Below the pieces are notes generated by a model. The model was not told where the DNA came from. It saw nothing but the letters and a program-made list of their open reading frames with translations, and did not search any database. From Euglena gracilis (Eukaryota), in contig CP154954.1 of assembly GCA_039621445.1 (NCBI GenBank), positions 45,673,847 to 45,737,846 on the forward strand: a DNA stretch of 64,000 nt. The letters are read 5' to 3'. Shown piece after piece: positions 35,190-45,814 of the stretch; position 1 is the first letter of the stretch; each line of letters starts with the position of its first letter. The position numbers were made by a program, and so were the translations under genes.

Positions 35190-38100
35190 AAACATTCTGA
35201 GCGCCTGGCGTAGGATCGATTGTAAATTGTGATCCACACAATAATTCTTGAAAACCTCATTCATTCTGCCTCCTGGTTGCACAAAGCAGGGATTTGTGCT
35301 TATCCTTTTTGGGGGGGTCAAATTCTTATCCGTAGTTATCCGTAGTTATCCGTAGTTATCCGTAGTTATCCGTAATTATCCTTATTTGCTAAAATAATAA
35401 TATCCTTCCTGACAGGGGGTATCCATCTAGAAATAGCTGTAATTGAAAGGATGAAGAGAGTTGATCATCATAAACCTCAGGAATGCCTAAACTTCGTGAA
35501 ATGTGACAATCTAAACAGAAAACGACAAGCATCCAAGGCAGATGGAAACGACAATGTCCGGTGTGGGTTTTTAATCTTTCATCCACCGTTGTTCACAATC
35601 ACCGTTGCAGAACATGCCAACCAGACATTCATTTAGTGTGTTCACAAATCCGATTGTGAACACAAATTTTTTTTTGGTGAACACAGGTGATACACAATTT
35701 TTTTTTTGGTGAACACACGTGATACACAAATTTTTTTTGGTGAACACAGGTGAACACAAATTTTTTTTTGGTGAACACAGGTGAAAATATTTTTTGTGAA
35801 CTGAAACGTCAAACTTTTGTGAATGTAAACATTTCTAAAAGTTGGTGTAGTTTACTTAAACTCGGATTCAACTTGTACGACGTTTTTGGTGAACACAGGT
35901 GAACACAAATTTTTTTTGGTGAACATTGGTGAACACAAATTTTTTTTTGGTGAACATAGGTGATACACAATTTTTTTTTTGGTGATACACATGATACACA
36001 AATATATTTTTTTGGTGAACACACTAACTGAATGTCTGATGCCAACGGCTGCCTGCCGGAGGTTAGACAACATCTTCTGTCAGTTTTTAACATCAATGAC
36101 ACCGGCCAAACTGAAAGCAGCCCATCCCTTTATAGGATGCACGCTGCCAAATGGAAAATTGTTGCGAAAATGGGTTGATATGCTGCTTTGAGCACAGAAG
36201 CTGCATCAGAGACAAATGCAACAACCCTGCCAGCAGAAATTCTCATGCTCCTTAAAACCTCATTGACCTCCTTAGCAAGTTCTTCGAAAAAAGACGACAT
36301 TACTTTTCTTCTTAGAAAACAAACTCGGTGCTCAACGCCATCGTTTGGCCCTTGACAAACCAGAGTGCGAGTTGCCACAACCCCCAAACTTGGGCCCAAC
36401 CAACCAAAATATTGATAATGGCATGCCCTGGTGAATCTGTCTATTCATCAGTTCCAATCCACACTTTTTTGCCAGAGATTGATTTTCGAATGCTTGCGAT
36501 GTGGGTTGAAAACACCCGGCCCACAGACCGATACAACTGACTGCCAACCTTCAGGCTGCCATGAACAGTTGTATACTTCCGATCCAAGGCACGGATCGAA
36601 GGGTGGCCATCATCTCACCCAATTTTAGTTGCACTCGATGGATGGTTGTGCAACAGAAGGGTTCGTGGGGCCTAATTGATACACAGATGCTTTATAACAC
36701 AAAACAACTTCATCTCCAGGTTCCTCCATCAACGCTGCACTGCTCCGGGCTTTTTAACCACCTTTGCCCCTTCCAATTTCAGGAGGGAAATCCATTGACA
36801 GAGAGAAAGAATAGAGCCTGTGGTTGAGGATGTGGATGTGCACTCAAGCTTCCAGTTCATGCATCCTCATTCGTCAAATTTTTTGTTATCCGTAGTTATC
36901 CGTAGTTATCCGTAATTATCCTTATTTGGACTTTTTAGCTCCGTAGTTATCCGTAGTTATCCGTATCCGTATTTGTTTTGGGCGGGCTTATCCGTAGTTA
37001 TCCGTAGTTATCCGTAGTTATCCATTTCAGGATAAGCACAAATCCCTGCACAAAGGAAGCCACAGGCTCCCATGTACTGCTGCTTGCCGGAAAATTCTCC
37101 CACCAAACCAAAAATTTCCATCCCCCTTGGTACTTGTGCTTCAAAATCTTGTAAACATTGTAAAAACCCAATTGAGCTTGTTCTTCTTCTGACATCTGAA
37201 GGGGGGGATCCCCTCCCTGGTCTGGCATGGGGGTGTCACCTCACTGGGTCTCCCACAACCGCTTCACCGGTCAAAAGGTCTGGGTCTTCTTCCAAAAGGC
37301 TTTCTTCATGCAAAGCAACCTCCCACTTTTTGCACAAACCCAAAGAAACATCAATGACCCCTCCCAAAGATGGACTGCTTGCAATTTGCACGGAATTGAA
37401 CCTCGATTTGAGAACCCGAAAAGGTCCTTGCCAGGGGGGGGGAAGCTTGGGCCATGATTTGTTTGGCCATCTTTTGTTGTGCACCAAAACATAGTCATCT
37501 TCTTCAATTTTTGCTGGTACCCTCCCTTTGTTGGCACTCTCAAAATCTTTTTTCCTCAATTCTTTCAATCTCTGGGAAGCTCTTTCTTGAATTTCCATCT
37601 GGGTCAAAAGCCAAGAATGGGTTTCTGGATTTGTCACCGGTTCTGGGTAATTCCAACCTCCAAGGGTCTGCCCAAAACATTTCATGGGGTGACAACATTG
37701 TTGTGGGGAAATCTGCGAGTTCACAAAAATGTGCAATACGGGATCAGCTGCACCCAATTTTTGTCCTTGGAAGACAGACTCAATGCTCGCATATTCTGCA
37801 AAATTTTATTGACATTTTAAAAACCCGTTTGATCGGGGGTTTTTCTTCACGAAATTTCACGTGAGAGCTTTCAGGGGTCTGGTAAAAACCACTCTGTCTG
37901 GCGCACGTCGTTGTCACCTCCACGGGTTTCCAAAAACCAATCACCGGTCAAAATAAGTCTCAAAACCTTCTGGTTACCTCTTTTGACAAAAATGGGACAA
38001 ATTGAGACAAAGCAGCACTAGTCAAAGATTTGCACAAAACCAAAAAAACTTCAGGGGGTCGGGGAACCCGATGTGTTTGGTCTTTTGTTTGAATCTTTTG

Positions 38101-38690
38101 TCATCACAACAAATTTTTTCTTTTTTGCTCATCTCTTCTTTCCTCTGGCTCTTTTCCATCTGGGTCAAAAGCCGGGGTGGGGTCACCGGTTGGGGGTAAT
38201 TCCAACCTCCAAGCTGGTCTGTTTCATGGGGGGTGAATTGTGTGGGGATCTGCGTCGTCATCAATACGGGATCAGCTGCCCAATTCCTTGGAAATCTTGC
38301 GGTACTCATTTTGCGGGGGGTTTCGGGGTAGAGAAAACGATTTCGAATTTTCAAAATCTGTCTGACCAAAGTTCAGCCACGCAGTTCCAAACAGACTTTC
38401 CGGTTATGTTTTCTTGTGTGGGGGATGAATTGGCAAAAATCCACAGTGTGGGGGTCTGTTTTGTCATCAAACACAAAACTTTGCTCATGTTGGAATCGGT
38501 AAAGAACCTACCTTTCCACGCACTGGGCGGGCGGTGCAAATTTCCAACATGTCTTTCTTGGAAACCTTGGACTGAAAATGGCTCAAAAAGAACAACAAAG
38601 TCCTTTCAGCACCAACATGGTTGCTTGCCTTGTGACATTCATCCAAACAAACTTTCAACAAATGAGATGGAACAACCAACTTTCCTTCAA
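35190..38690 (-). pseudogene. Decayed integrase and chromodomain
   Basis: HHCC start (CHKASNHVG) at about 38600; WQGPFRV motif at about 37420; chromodomain YNVYKILKHKYQGGWKFLVWWENFPASSSTWEP at about 37060-37165, split by a hAT insertion. The core is scrambled, with an internal duplication (about 37590-37750 versus 38150-38280). Confidence 0.8.
35287..37048 (-). mobile_element. hAT-like element with a 7-bp TSD, inserted in the chromodomain end
   Basis: 19-bp TIR CAGGGATTTGTGCTTATCC; TSD CACAAAG; subterminal (TTATCCGTAG)n; residual VVAFVSDAASVLKAA transposase-like motif at about 36185-36230. Confidence 0.85.
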
Positions 38691-41600
38691 TACATGGCCT
38701 TGGCAGATCTGAACCAAAACTCATTGTCAATGAAACAGGGTTTTGAAACCTCCACTTTTTCCCAAAAATCCTTCAGCTCTGAATTCAAATAATCCTTTTC
38801 TGACACTTGCACTCTGTGGGACAAACTGAAAATCTTCTGCAAAAACAGGTCAAGCTGCACATCCATTTTCTGAAAAGCGTTCCTTGCTTCTTCCTCAAAA
38901 TGAATTTCAAATTTGTTCTCAAAATCAGCACGAGACAAAAAATCACACAATTCATTTTTGCAACCTGCCACATGAACGATATTCAGTTTGAACTGGTGCA
39001 AAAACACATACATCCTTCTCAGTCTTTTGTTGAGGGGGGGTTCACCCTTCAGGAAAGAGGTGGCTGCCTCATTGTCTGTCATCCACACAATTGGCAGATT
39101 TTGCAAAATCCTCGTTTGTGAAGCAATGGTCAGCACACCACTCAAAATTTCCTTTTCCCAGGTAGTGTATTTTTTTCTTGCCTCACTCCATTTCCAGTTG
39201 TAGTGGCCCAAGGGCACCAACCTCATTTCACTGGGGTAGTTGTTTTTCAGGGTTCCATCCACCTTCACACCACTTGTTCGAAAATTCTCAGGAATTTGTG
39301 TTTGTTGGAGGGTTTGCCACTGAAACAATGCTGAACCACCTCCCAAATCCGAACTGTCAGTCACCAAAACAATCTCTCCTGAACTCCTGGGGGTACCCAA
39401 AACATCAAGAGAAGACAATTTCCTTTTCAATGCATTCAAACAACTCTCCTCCTTTTCAGTCCACCTCCATTTCACATTCTTTTTCAGAAGGTCTGTGAGC
39501 GGGGCTGAGTCAAAAGTAAAACCTTTCACGTGTCTGCGGTAGAAATTCATGGCTCCCAAAATTCGCCTCAAATCCCTTTGATTCTGAACTCGAAAACTCA
39601 GAATTGGTTCAATGTTTCTTTTGTTTGCCTGCCACATTCCCCATCCCAACGAGAAACCCAAATAGTCAATGGACTGATTCAGAAAGGAACATTTGCTCAA
39701 TTTGATTCTCACTTGGTTCTTTCTGCAAACTTCAAACCACTTTTCCAAAAGATACAAATGATCCTCCTCAGAGTTTGCACCAACCCCTGTGTCATCAAAA
39801 AAAGAAGCCAGGTGTCCATCCTTCAAAATCTCTCTCACCCTCAAATCCGTTTTGCATTGGGAGGTTAGAATTTCCATCAGCTCCTGAAAAATACCCGGTG
39901 CATTACTTAGGCCAAACATCATTCTTTTGGGACGAAAACACCTCCCAGAAGGAATGCAAAATGCAGACAAATTTGCTGCTCTTTTTGTGATTGGGATTTG
40001 CCAATACCCACTCCTCATGTCCAGGGTACTTTTCCAGCGACATTTGGCCAAACTTTCAATCAAAACCTCCATGCTTGGCAAATAACCTGCATGTGCCTTG
40101 CTTCTGGCATTCAATTTTCCATAATGGATGACCATCCTTCTGGTACTTGACCCTTTTTTGTCCACCAAAAATGTGGGGCTGCACACCTGGGGGATTTCAC
40201 CAACCGGGAATTGCTCAATCAACCCTGACTTTAGCAATTCTTCACACTGAAGGTCAATTTCTTTTTCATCCTCCTGAGGCATGGGCCAACACTTTTGCCT
40301 TAGGGGTTTTCCTTCCCACTCAGGCTTCAGCTCAATGTCCATCAAAACAGGCAGGGGGGAAGACTCAGAAATTGTGGGCAATGGTCCAAAAACATCAGAA
40401 AATTTCACCAAAAGCTCATACAACCTGGGGTGGTCTCTGAATTTCTCAACTTCTTTTTCAAACTCTCCACTCAGATTCTCAGTAAACAATTTGCTGCTTT
40501 TTTCATCAGCCTTTTTCTGGGCCTCCAAAGTCCAAATCTTTTCATGCAAAACTTGGGAAATGCTTTTGAGTTCATCCATCTTGATTGTTGCCTTGGGAGT
40601 TTTCACAGGTTTTGCAAACTGCACATCTTCCACAGGCTGGGCCAGCTGGAAAAACATCACCTCCACATCTTTTCTCACCTCTTGAAAAAGACTCAGCTCA
40701 CTTTCAATGTCCTTGGTCAACTCAGCCAAAAAATTGTTGTTTTCATGCTCATTCATTGGTTCAAACACCACCACATTGTCCAACCATTCTTTCACCTTTT
40801 CATCTGATTCCTTGGGGGGAACATTCTCCAAAGGAAAACTGGGACTTTCAAAAACTTGCTTGTCTGCAGGTGGACTGGCAGGCTGGGGTGCCTGTTGTTG
40901 GGGGGGGACATCAGGAAGAACTGGGAAATCCACTTGAATTCCATCATCCACTGTGGGATACTTCCTGATCTCACCTCTCAGTTCATCCAAACTCCAATTC
41001 CTTGAAACTTTTCTGAGCCAACTGACAATTTTGGGGTCCAAAAGCTCAAAATCCACTTTGAATTGCACAGTGTCCACCACACTCACAAAAGTGTTCACCT
41101 TTTTGCACCTGTCACCCACAAACAAGGGAACCCCACTTGAAATTTTCACCCTGGCCACTGTCACCCTTTCCAGCAGGGGGGACCAGTACTGGTCCACCCA
41201 GTCTGGGTGTACCAGGACCATTTTTGTTTCTTCAATGCACAACTTTGTCACCACTTTGCTTAGTTGGCTGAAGGGGGGGTTTGCCCACAGAAACTTGGAA
41301 GCACCAATGTCACACAACAACCTTTCCCATGAATACCTGTAGGCTGAATTCCCTTTTGTCATGTACAAAGACTGGGTGTGGTTCAGGTGGTTTGCAAAAA
41401 GATCAATGCAAATCTGACCCTCAGAAATCTTCAATTCATCCAAAGCTTTTGTCTTCACTGGCTTCACCAAAGTGTAGCTTTCTGTCTTGAAAAGTCTGAA
41501 AATTATTTTGATGGTGTGGTCCCCATCATGGCTCTGAAGTAAAAACTCCTCACCATCAACGATGATTCTGGGGGGTCTGGTCAGCAACCCACCAAAAAAT

Positions 41601-41710
41601 TCACTTTCAGTAAAGTCAGTCCCCAAAACTGCCTCGAAGGCATTTGTTTCAACAACAACCGCTTTAAGCTTTAGAACTTTTCGTCCCAACTCCAGGCTCA
41701 CCTCACACAC
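38687..41710 (-). CDS. pol: protease C-terminus, N6-adenine MTase-like domain, RT, RNase H
   Basis: VLGTDF; DLFA...WANPPF...LVHPDW...W; SPTFLVDK, TLDMRSGYWQI, MMFGLSNAP and FFDD; TDSS, EKE, TDN and DFLSR. Confidence 0.9.
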   Translation of the reverse strand: MCEVSLELGRKVLKLKAVVVETNAFEAVLGTDFTESEFFGGLLTRPPRIIVDGEEFLLQSHDGDHTIKIIFRLFKTESYTLVKPVKTKALDELKISEGQICIDLFANHLNHTQSLYMTKGNSAYRYSWERLLCDIGASKFLWANPPFSQLSKVVTKLCIEETKMVLVHPDWVDQYWSPLLERVTVARVKISSGVPLFVGDRCKKVNTFVSVVDTVQFKVDFELLDPKIVSWLRKVSRNWSLDELRGEIRKYPTVDDGIQVDFPVLPDVPPQQQAPQPASPPADKQVFESPSFPLENVPPKESDEKVKEWLDNVVVFEPMNEHENNNFLAELTKDIESELSLFQEVRKDVEVMFFQLAQPVEDVQFAKPVKTPKATIKMDELKSISQVLHEKIWTLEAQKKADEKSSKLFTENLSGEFEKEVEKFRDHPRLYELLVKFSDVFGPLPTISESSPLPVLMDIELKPEWEGKPLRQKCWPMPQEDEKEIDLQCEELLKSGLIEQFPVGEIPQVCSPTFLVDKKGSSTRRMVIHYGKLNARSKAHAGYLPSMEVLIESLAKCRWKSTLDMRSGYWQIPITKRAANLSAFCIPSGRCFRPKRMMFGLSNAPGIFQELMEILTSQCKTDLRVREILKDGHLASFFDDTGVGANSEEDHLYLLEKWFEVCRKNQVRIKLSKCSFLNQSIDYLGFSLGWGMWQANKRNIEPILSFRVQNQRDLRRILGAMNFYRRHVKGFTFDSAPLTDLLKKNVKWRWTEKEESCLNALKRKLSSLDVLGTPRSSGEIVLVTDSSDLGGGSALFQWQTLQQTQIPENFRTSGVKVDGTLKNNYPSEMRLVPLGHYNWKWSEARKKYTTWEKEILSGVLTIASQTRILQNLPIVWMTDNEAATSFLKGEPPLNKRLRRMYVFLHQFKLNIVHVAGCKNELCDFLSRADFENKFEIHFEEEARNAFQKMDVQLDLFLQKIFSLSHRVQVSEKDYLNSELKDFWEKVEVSKPCFIDNEFWFRSAKAMY

Positions 41711-41714
41711 TCCT

Positions 41715-42965
41715 CACCGTTGCCGATCTGCAGGGGTACCGCAGCACTACGTTGAATTTTATTCTCTGGAACACATTTCTTAGAAACTGCAGTTATGGTG
41801 GCCCCAGTGTCCAAAATGGCTTGAATTTCCTTTCCATAAACCCTCACTGGCAAAAGATAAGTTTTACACACCATCTGGAGCAATTGTAAAGCATCAGCCT
41901 TTCTCTTTTTGGGGTTCTCACCCTGGGGGGTAACCTGGGTTTGCACTCCCTGGGGTTGAACCGAAGGGGTCCCTTTGCCTGCCCCCTTCTGGGCTGCTGC
42001 CTTCTTAAACTTTTCTTTTGACCAACATCTGTCTTCATAATGCCCTTTTTTTGTGACAAAATCGACAGAAAATTGTGGCTCCAAATCGTGGGGCTGGGGT
42101 GTCATCAACTTTTCTTTCACCCTTGCCTTTGCCTTTTCCTTTGCCTTTTCCTTTTCCACCAGATTTTCCACCTTTTCCAGATTCTGGGACATTTTCACCA
42201 ACTTTTTCAGATTGATCAGGGGGTCATTCAATCAATGGTCTGAGATTTTCTTTTTTCAGCAAATTCCTCTCCAACCAATCTTCAGAACTTTTTTCCAAAA
42301 TCGTTTTTCTCAAATCTGTGAATGTCTCAGAACGATGTTTGTAAAATCTGTCTGCCCTGATGTCTGCATACATTCTGGGGTGTAATTTCCTCAGCAAAAC
42401 CAAAAACTTTTCCTGTTCACTCATGGCCTGGGGGCTCAACCTGGCCATCAAATTGTCCAACTCAATGAAAAGTTTTTTGATGTCTTGGGGTTCGGGGTTC
42501 TGGGAAAGTGCTGGCAATTTGTCAATGGCAGACCTCAAAGTCATGTCATTTTCCAGTGTTGGGAACAAATTTGCAATTTCCAACAGCACTTTTTCAAAAT
42601 CATCATTCTCATCCATCACTTTTTCAACCAGTTTTTTCACCTTGGGGGTGCAACATTCCAACAGCCAATCCTTTTTCTGGACATTTCCAAATGCAATTGC
42701 ACCAGTTAACCTCAACCATCTGCCAAAATCTTTCAAAAACTCAGGCCAATTTGCACCATCAAACTCTGGCAATTTCACAGGGGGTAATCTTGAACTTTGG
42801 GTTGAACTTTGGCTGGGGTTGCTGGAATTTGGTTCCACAATTTGCTTCAGAAAATGTTTCAACCTGGGTGATGGGGTTCACAGGGGTAAACACAGACTGA
42901 CTGTTGCTGGCTGATTTGATTTCCAATTCTTGCAACCTTCTTTCCAAATCTTCAATGGAGGACAT
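41715..42965 (-). pseudogene. gag, zinc knuckle and aspartic protease (frameshifted)
   Basis: PVKLPEFDGANWPEF gag motif; CRFCHKKGHYEDRC across a frameshift near 42045; AILDTGA protease motif. Confidence 0.85.
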
Positions 42966-43395
42966 TTCTGCAGATCACCTTCAAAAAAAACTCAACCACT
43001 GGCTCTGTAAACTGGGAGAAACAGAAACACTGGCCAACCCAAAAAGACAAACAAAAACTGAAGAAACCAGAACAGAAAACCAACCACTGGGTTCAGGACC
43101 AGGTCAGCAAGATGATGAAGAACTTGCCTCCACCAAGATCTTGTTCTGGACAGCAAGGTGAACAACACCACTTACAAACTTCCTCAACCAAATAACCAAT
43201 ACAACAACTGTTGACAAATTCTCCACTGTGAACTTGTTCACCACAACCTCAATGTCAACTTCCTGTTGAAGGTGTTGTTCTGTACCAGCAACTTGGTTAA
43301 CCTTGCCTTCTGGAAGTCCAACTTCTGGATCTTCAACAACCAGTGAAACAATGTTGAATCTCCTCGAAGACGTCTTGGACGATTGGAACAACAAA

Positions 43396-43407
43396 CCTCT
43401 GCGACCA
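43396..43407 (-). promoter_or_regulatory. Primer binding site, probably tRNA-iMet type
   Basis: TGGTCGCAGAGG, 4 nt inside the 5' LTR; one mismatch to the metazoan iMet-type PBS TGGTAGCAGAGG. Confidence 0.6.
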
Positions 43408-43411
43408 ACTT

Positions 43412-43601
43412 TGGACGTCTCAGAATATTCTTTTGTTTTTATTGAAATCCTCGGATTCCCAATTTTCCTTGATATCCCAATTGTTCCCAAAGATGTAACA
43501 CAATCAATGAAAAGACATAACCAGAGCCAGCAGTCTGCACAGAGGAAAGGTTCGAATTAGGAATACAAAGTTCGGTTCAGGCGGTTAGTAAATAGTCCGC
43601 A
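43412..43601 (-). repeat. 5' LTR
   Basis: Direct repeat of 34525..34714. Confidence 0.95.
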
Positions 43602-43606
43602 CAATC

Positions 43607-45248
43607 TCTCGTTGAGTCCTTGCAAGACGTGGTGCCACTCCAATTGTGGTATTTGGATGATGGACACATCCTGGGAACCCTCCCACAATTACATGCAGCA
43701 ATTACAGAAATCCAACGACAGGGGACGCTACTAGGCATACACCTCAACCCAAAAAAATGCCGCCTGTGGGGACCTGCAGCAACAGAAGCCAATCGTGCTG
43801 AAATGCCGCCAAACAGCCCACTTCGTGCAGTCCCAATCGTGAACTACTCCCCCGATTCTGGTATACGTGCCTTGGGAATCCCGGTTTGCCATCCACAAAG
43901 CGGTGACTTTGCGGGGGAAGTGTGGGCTGAACGTGCAACAGGTGTGCAGAAAGCTTGCCGGGCCCTTTTGAACCTGCCGCAAGCCCATATTCAGTTCTGC
44001 CTTTTGCGATCTTGCCTAGATGCATGCAAAGTTAACGACCTCATGCGTGCAACAGAACTGGGGCAGGCAAAAGACGCATGTGCACTGCTGACTAAAGAAA
44101 TCAGGAACACATTGAGCAACATTGTTGGATCCCCAATCGATGACAACCAATGGGCTCAGGCCACCCTGCCCGCGCGTCATGGCGGACTCGGAATTCGGGA
44201 CCCATCGTTGGAACGTCTCCCAGCACGCATGTCCGGCATTGTGACATTTGTCAGCAATGGCAGACGCACCTTGGGCCTGGCAGACCGAGGAGTACCGAAA
44301 GACACTGCGGAGTGCTTGTCCTCTGCCAACTCCATCCTCGAAGGAACGCCCCCAACGGAAACATGGGCCACGGATGTATCACTCCTGAACGAAGCCCAAA
44401 GCCCTCACATTCAACAGAAGTGGTGGGGTGAATGCTTTGCGAAACAACGACAAAAGGCATTATCTTCCAACCTTCACGGCCAAGACGCTGTCCGGTTCGC
44501 AAGCCAACAACGGCCCCACGCAATGGCCTGGGCTTCTGACACACCATCCTCTGGACTGAAAACATTGGTCGCATCTGCAGAATTCAAAGGCTTTCTAAAG
44601 TGGTCACTGGGAGCACCAGTATGTCCACCAACGGGATCTACGTGCCCACGCTGCTCCAAGCCAATGGACAACCTGGGTAATCACCTTGTATGCTGCAGCT
44701 CAAATGGCATCACGCGGCGACACGGTGCGATCCAGGACTTTGTGTTCCAATTGGCACATGATGCCGGGTTTACAGCAAAAAAAGAACAAGGTGGTTCAGA
44801 GAGAACACGCCCGGGCGATGTGCTCATCAGCAGACTTGACGCCAATGGTCCTGGAGCAGTGGACATCACAGTGAGACACACAGCAGCACCGTACAGACCG
44901 TTGCGTGACGCAGCTGAACTAACCGAATGGTATGAACGCCAAGAGAAGGAAAAGCATTCAAAATATGACGCCACCTGTAGGAGGCTGGGATGGACCTGCA
45001 TTCCATTTGTTGTCGACTGCTATGGCGGCCTAGGCCAAGAAGCGCTAACCCTAATGTCAACACTGATGAAGCTTCTCCTCGGTCAACAAGATGCATGGTC
45101 AAAACACAAAACTGAAGCCAACACATGGCAACTTCTATCAATAACTGTTGCGCGAGAGATCGCGCGACAAGTAATCTGGGGACGTTATGCAGGTAACGAC
45201 ACAGATCCAGAAGCAACCAACACCATACACCAGCCGTACTGTCTGTAA
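43607..45248 (+). pseudogene. Copy 1 polyprotein, 3' part (RT YLDD, zinc knuckle, RLE endonuclease)
   Basis: Continues in frame after removing the LTR element and one TSD (ALQSLVESLQDVVPLQLWYLDDG as in copy 2). Confidence 0.9.
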
Positions 45249-45814
45249 AGAAGACCATTGCGATCCCTGGTCCCAGAGTAAATAATTCACCTAAGACCAT
45301 CCACAACTCTTCATCAAGCAAACAACAGTACCCAATCATCCATAACCTGTGCCTCACATTGGCAAGACAAGTGGCCCGCCAGCCGGCATGGGGAACTATG
45401 GCGGTACCTACCTGGAGCGGTGGATCCCACCACCCAAAGCCAATACGAATTGGAGTGAGCAATTTGACCAACCGCTCTCCCACCCCATCCCTCCAAACAA
45501 AAACAAACAAAAACCACAAGCACACACACACCACACACACACACACACACACCAGCCACCACGCCCCCCGCCTCTCACCCCCAACGCACCTCACACAACA
45601 TCCGCCAAGCTACCCCTCGCCCCTCCGTCTTACCTGCTACCAAGGCCGCTCGTCTTTACACTCCCACACCTGTACCTCGGACAGGCCGCTGATTCCGCTT
45701 CTGTATATAGCCCTACCCCTGAACACTCAAATCCAGTAGGCTGTGCCACTGGTCGGTGGACTCGGCTCGCCCCACCACCGGACTGCTGTCGTTTTCAGAC
45801 GTAAAAAAAAGGGT

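Larger units (their letters stand above)
34525..43601 (-). mobile_element. Ty3/Gypsy chromovirus-like LTR retrotransposon
   Basis: 190-bp TG..CA LTRs; 5-bp TSD CAATC at 34520..34524 and 43602..43606; domain order gag-CCHC-PR-(MTase)-RT-RNaseH-IN-chromodomain. Confidence 0.95.
31598..45730 (+). mobile_element. CRE/SLACS-like non-LTR retrotransposon, copy 1 (interrupted by an LTR element)
   Basis: RT motifs RPIAAGECLRRLVGK, QVDFSNAFN, GEQQGDP and WYLDDG; C-terminal CxxC..H..C, RH and RPGD..AVD RLE motifs; stop at 45248. Premature stops at 33236 and 33374 are Trp in copy 2. The 3' end is approximate. Confidence 0.9.

Noticed and set aside
34525-43601. DIRS element, suggested by the MTase domain
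   Set aside because: Direct LTRs, 5-bp TSD, PBS, protease and HHCC integrase remnants, with no tyrosine recombinase.
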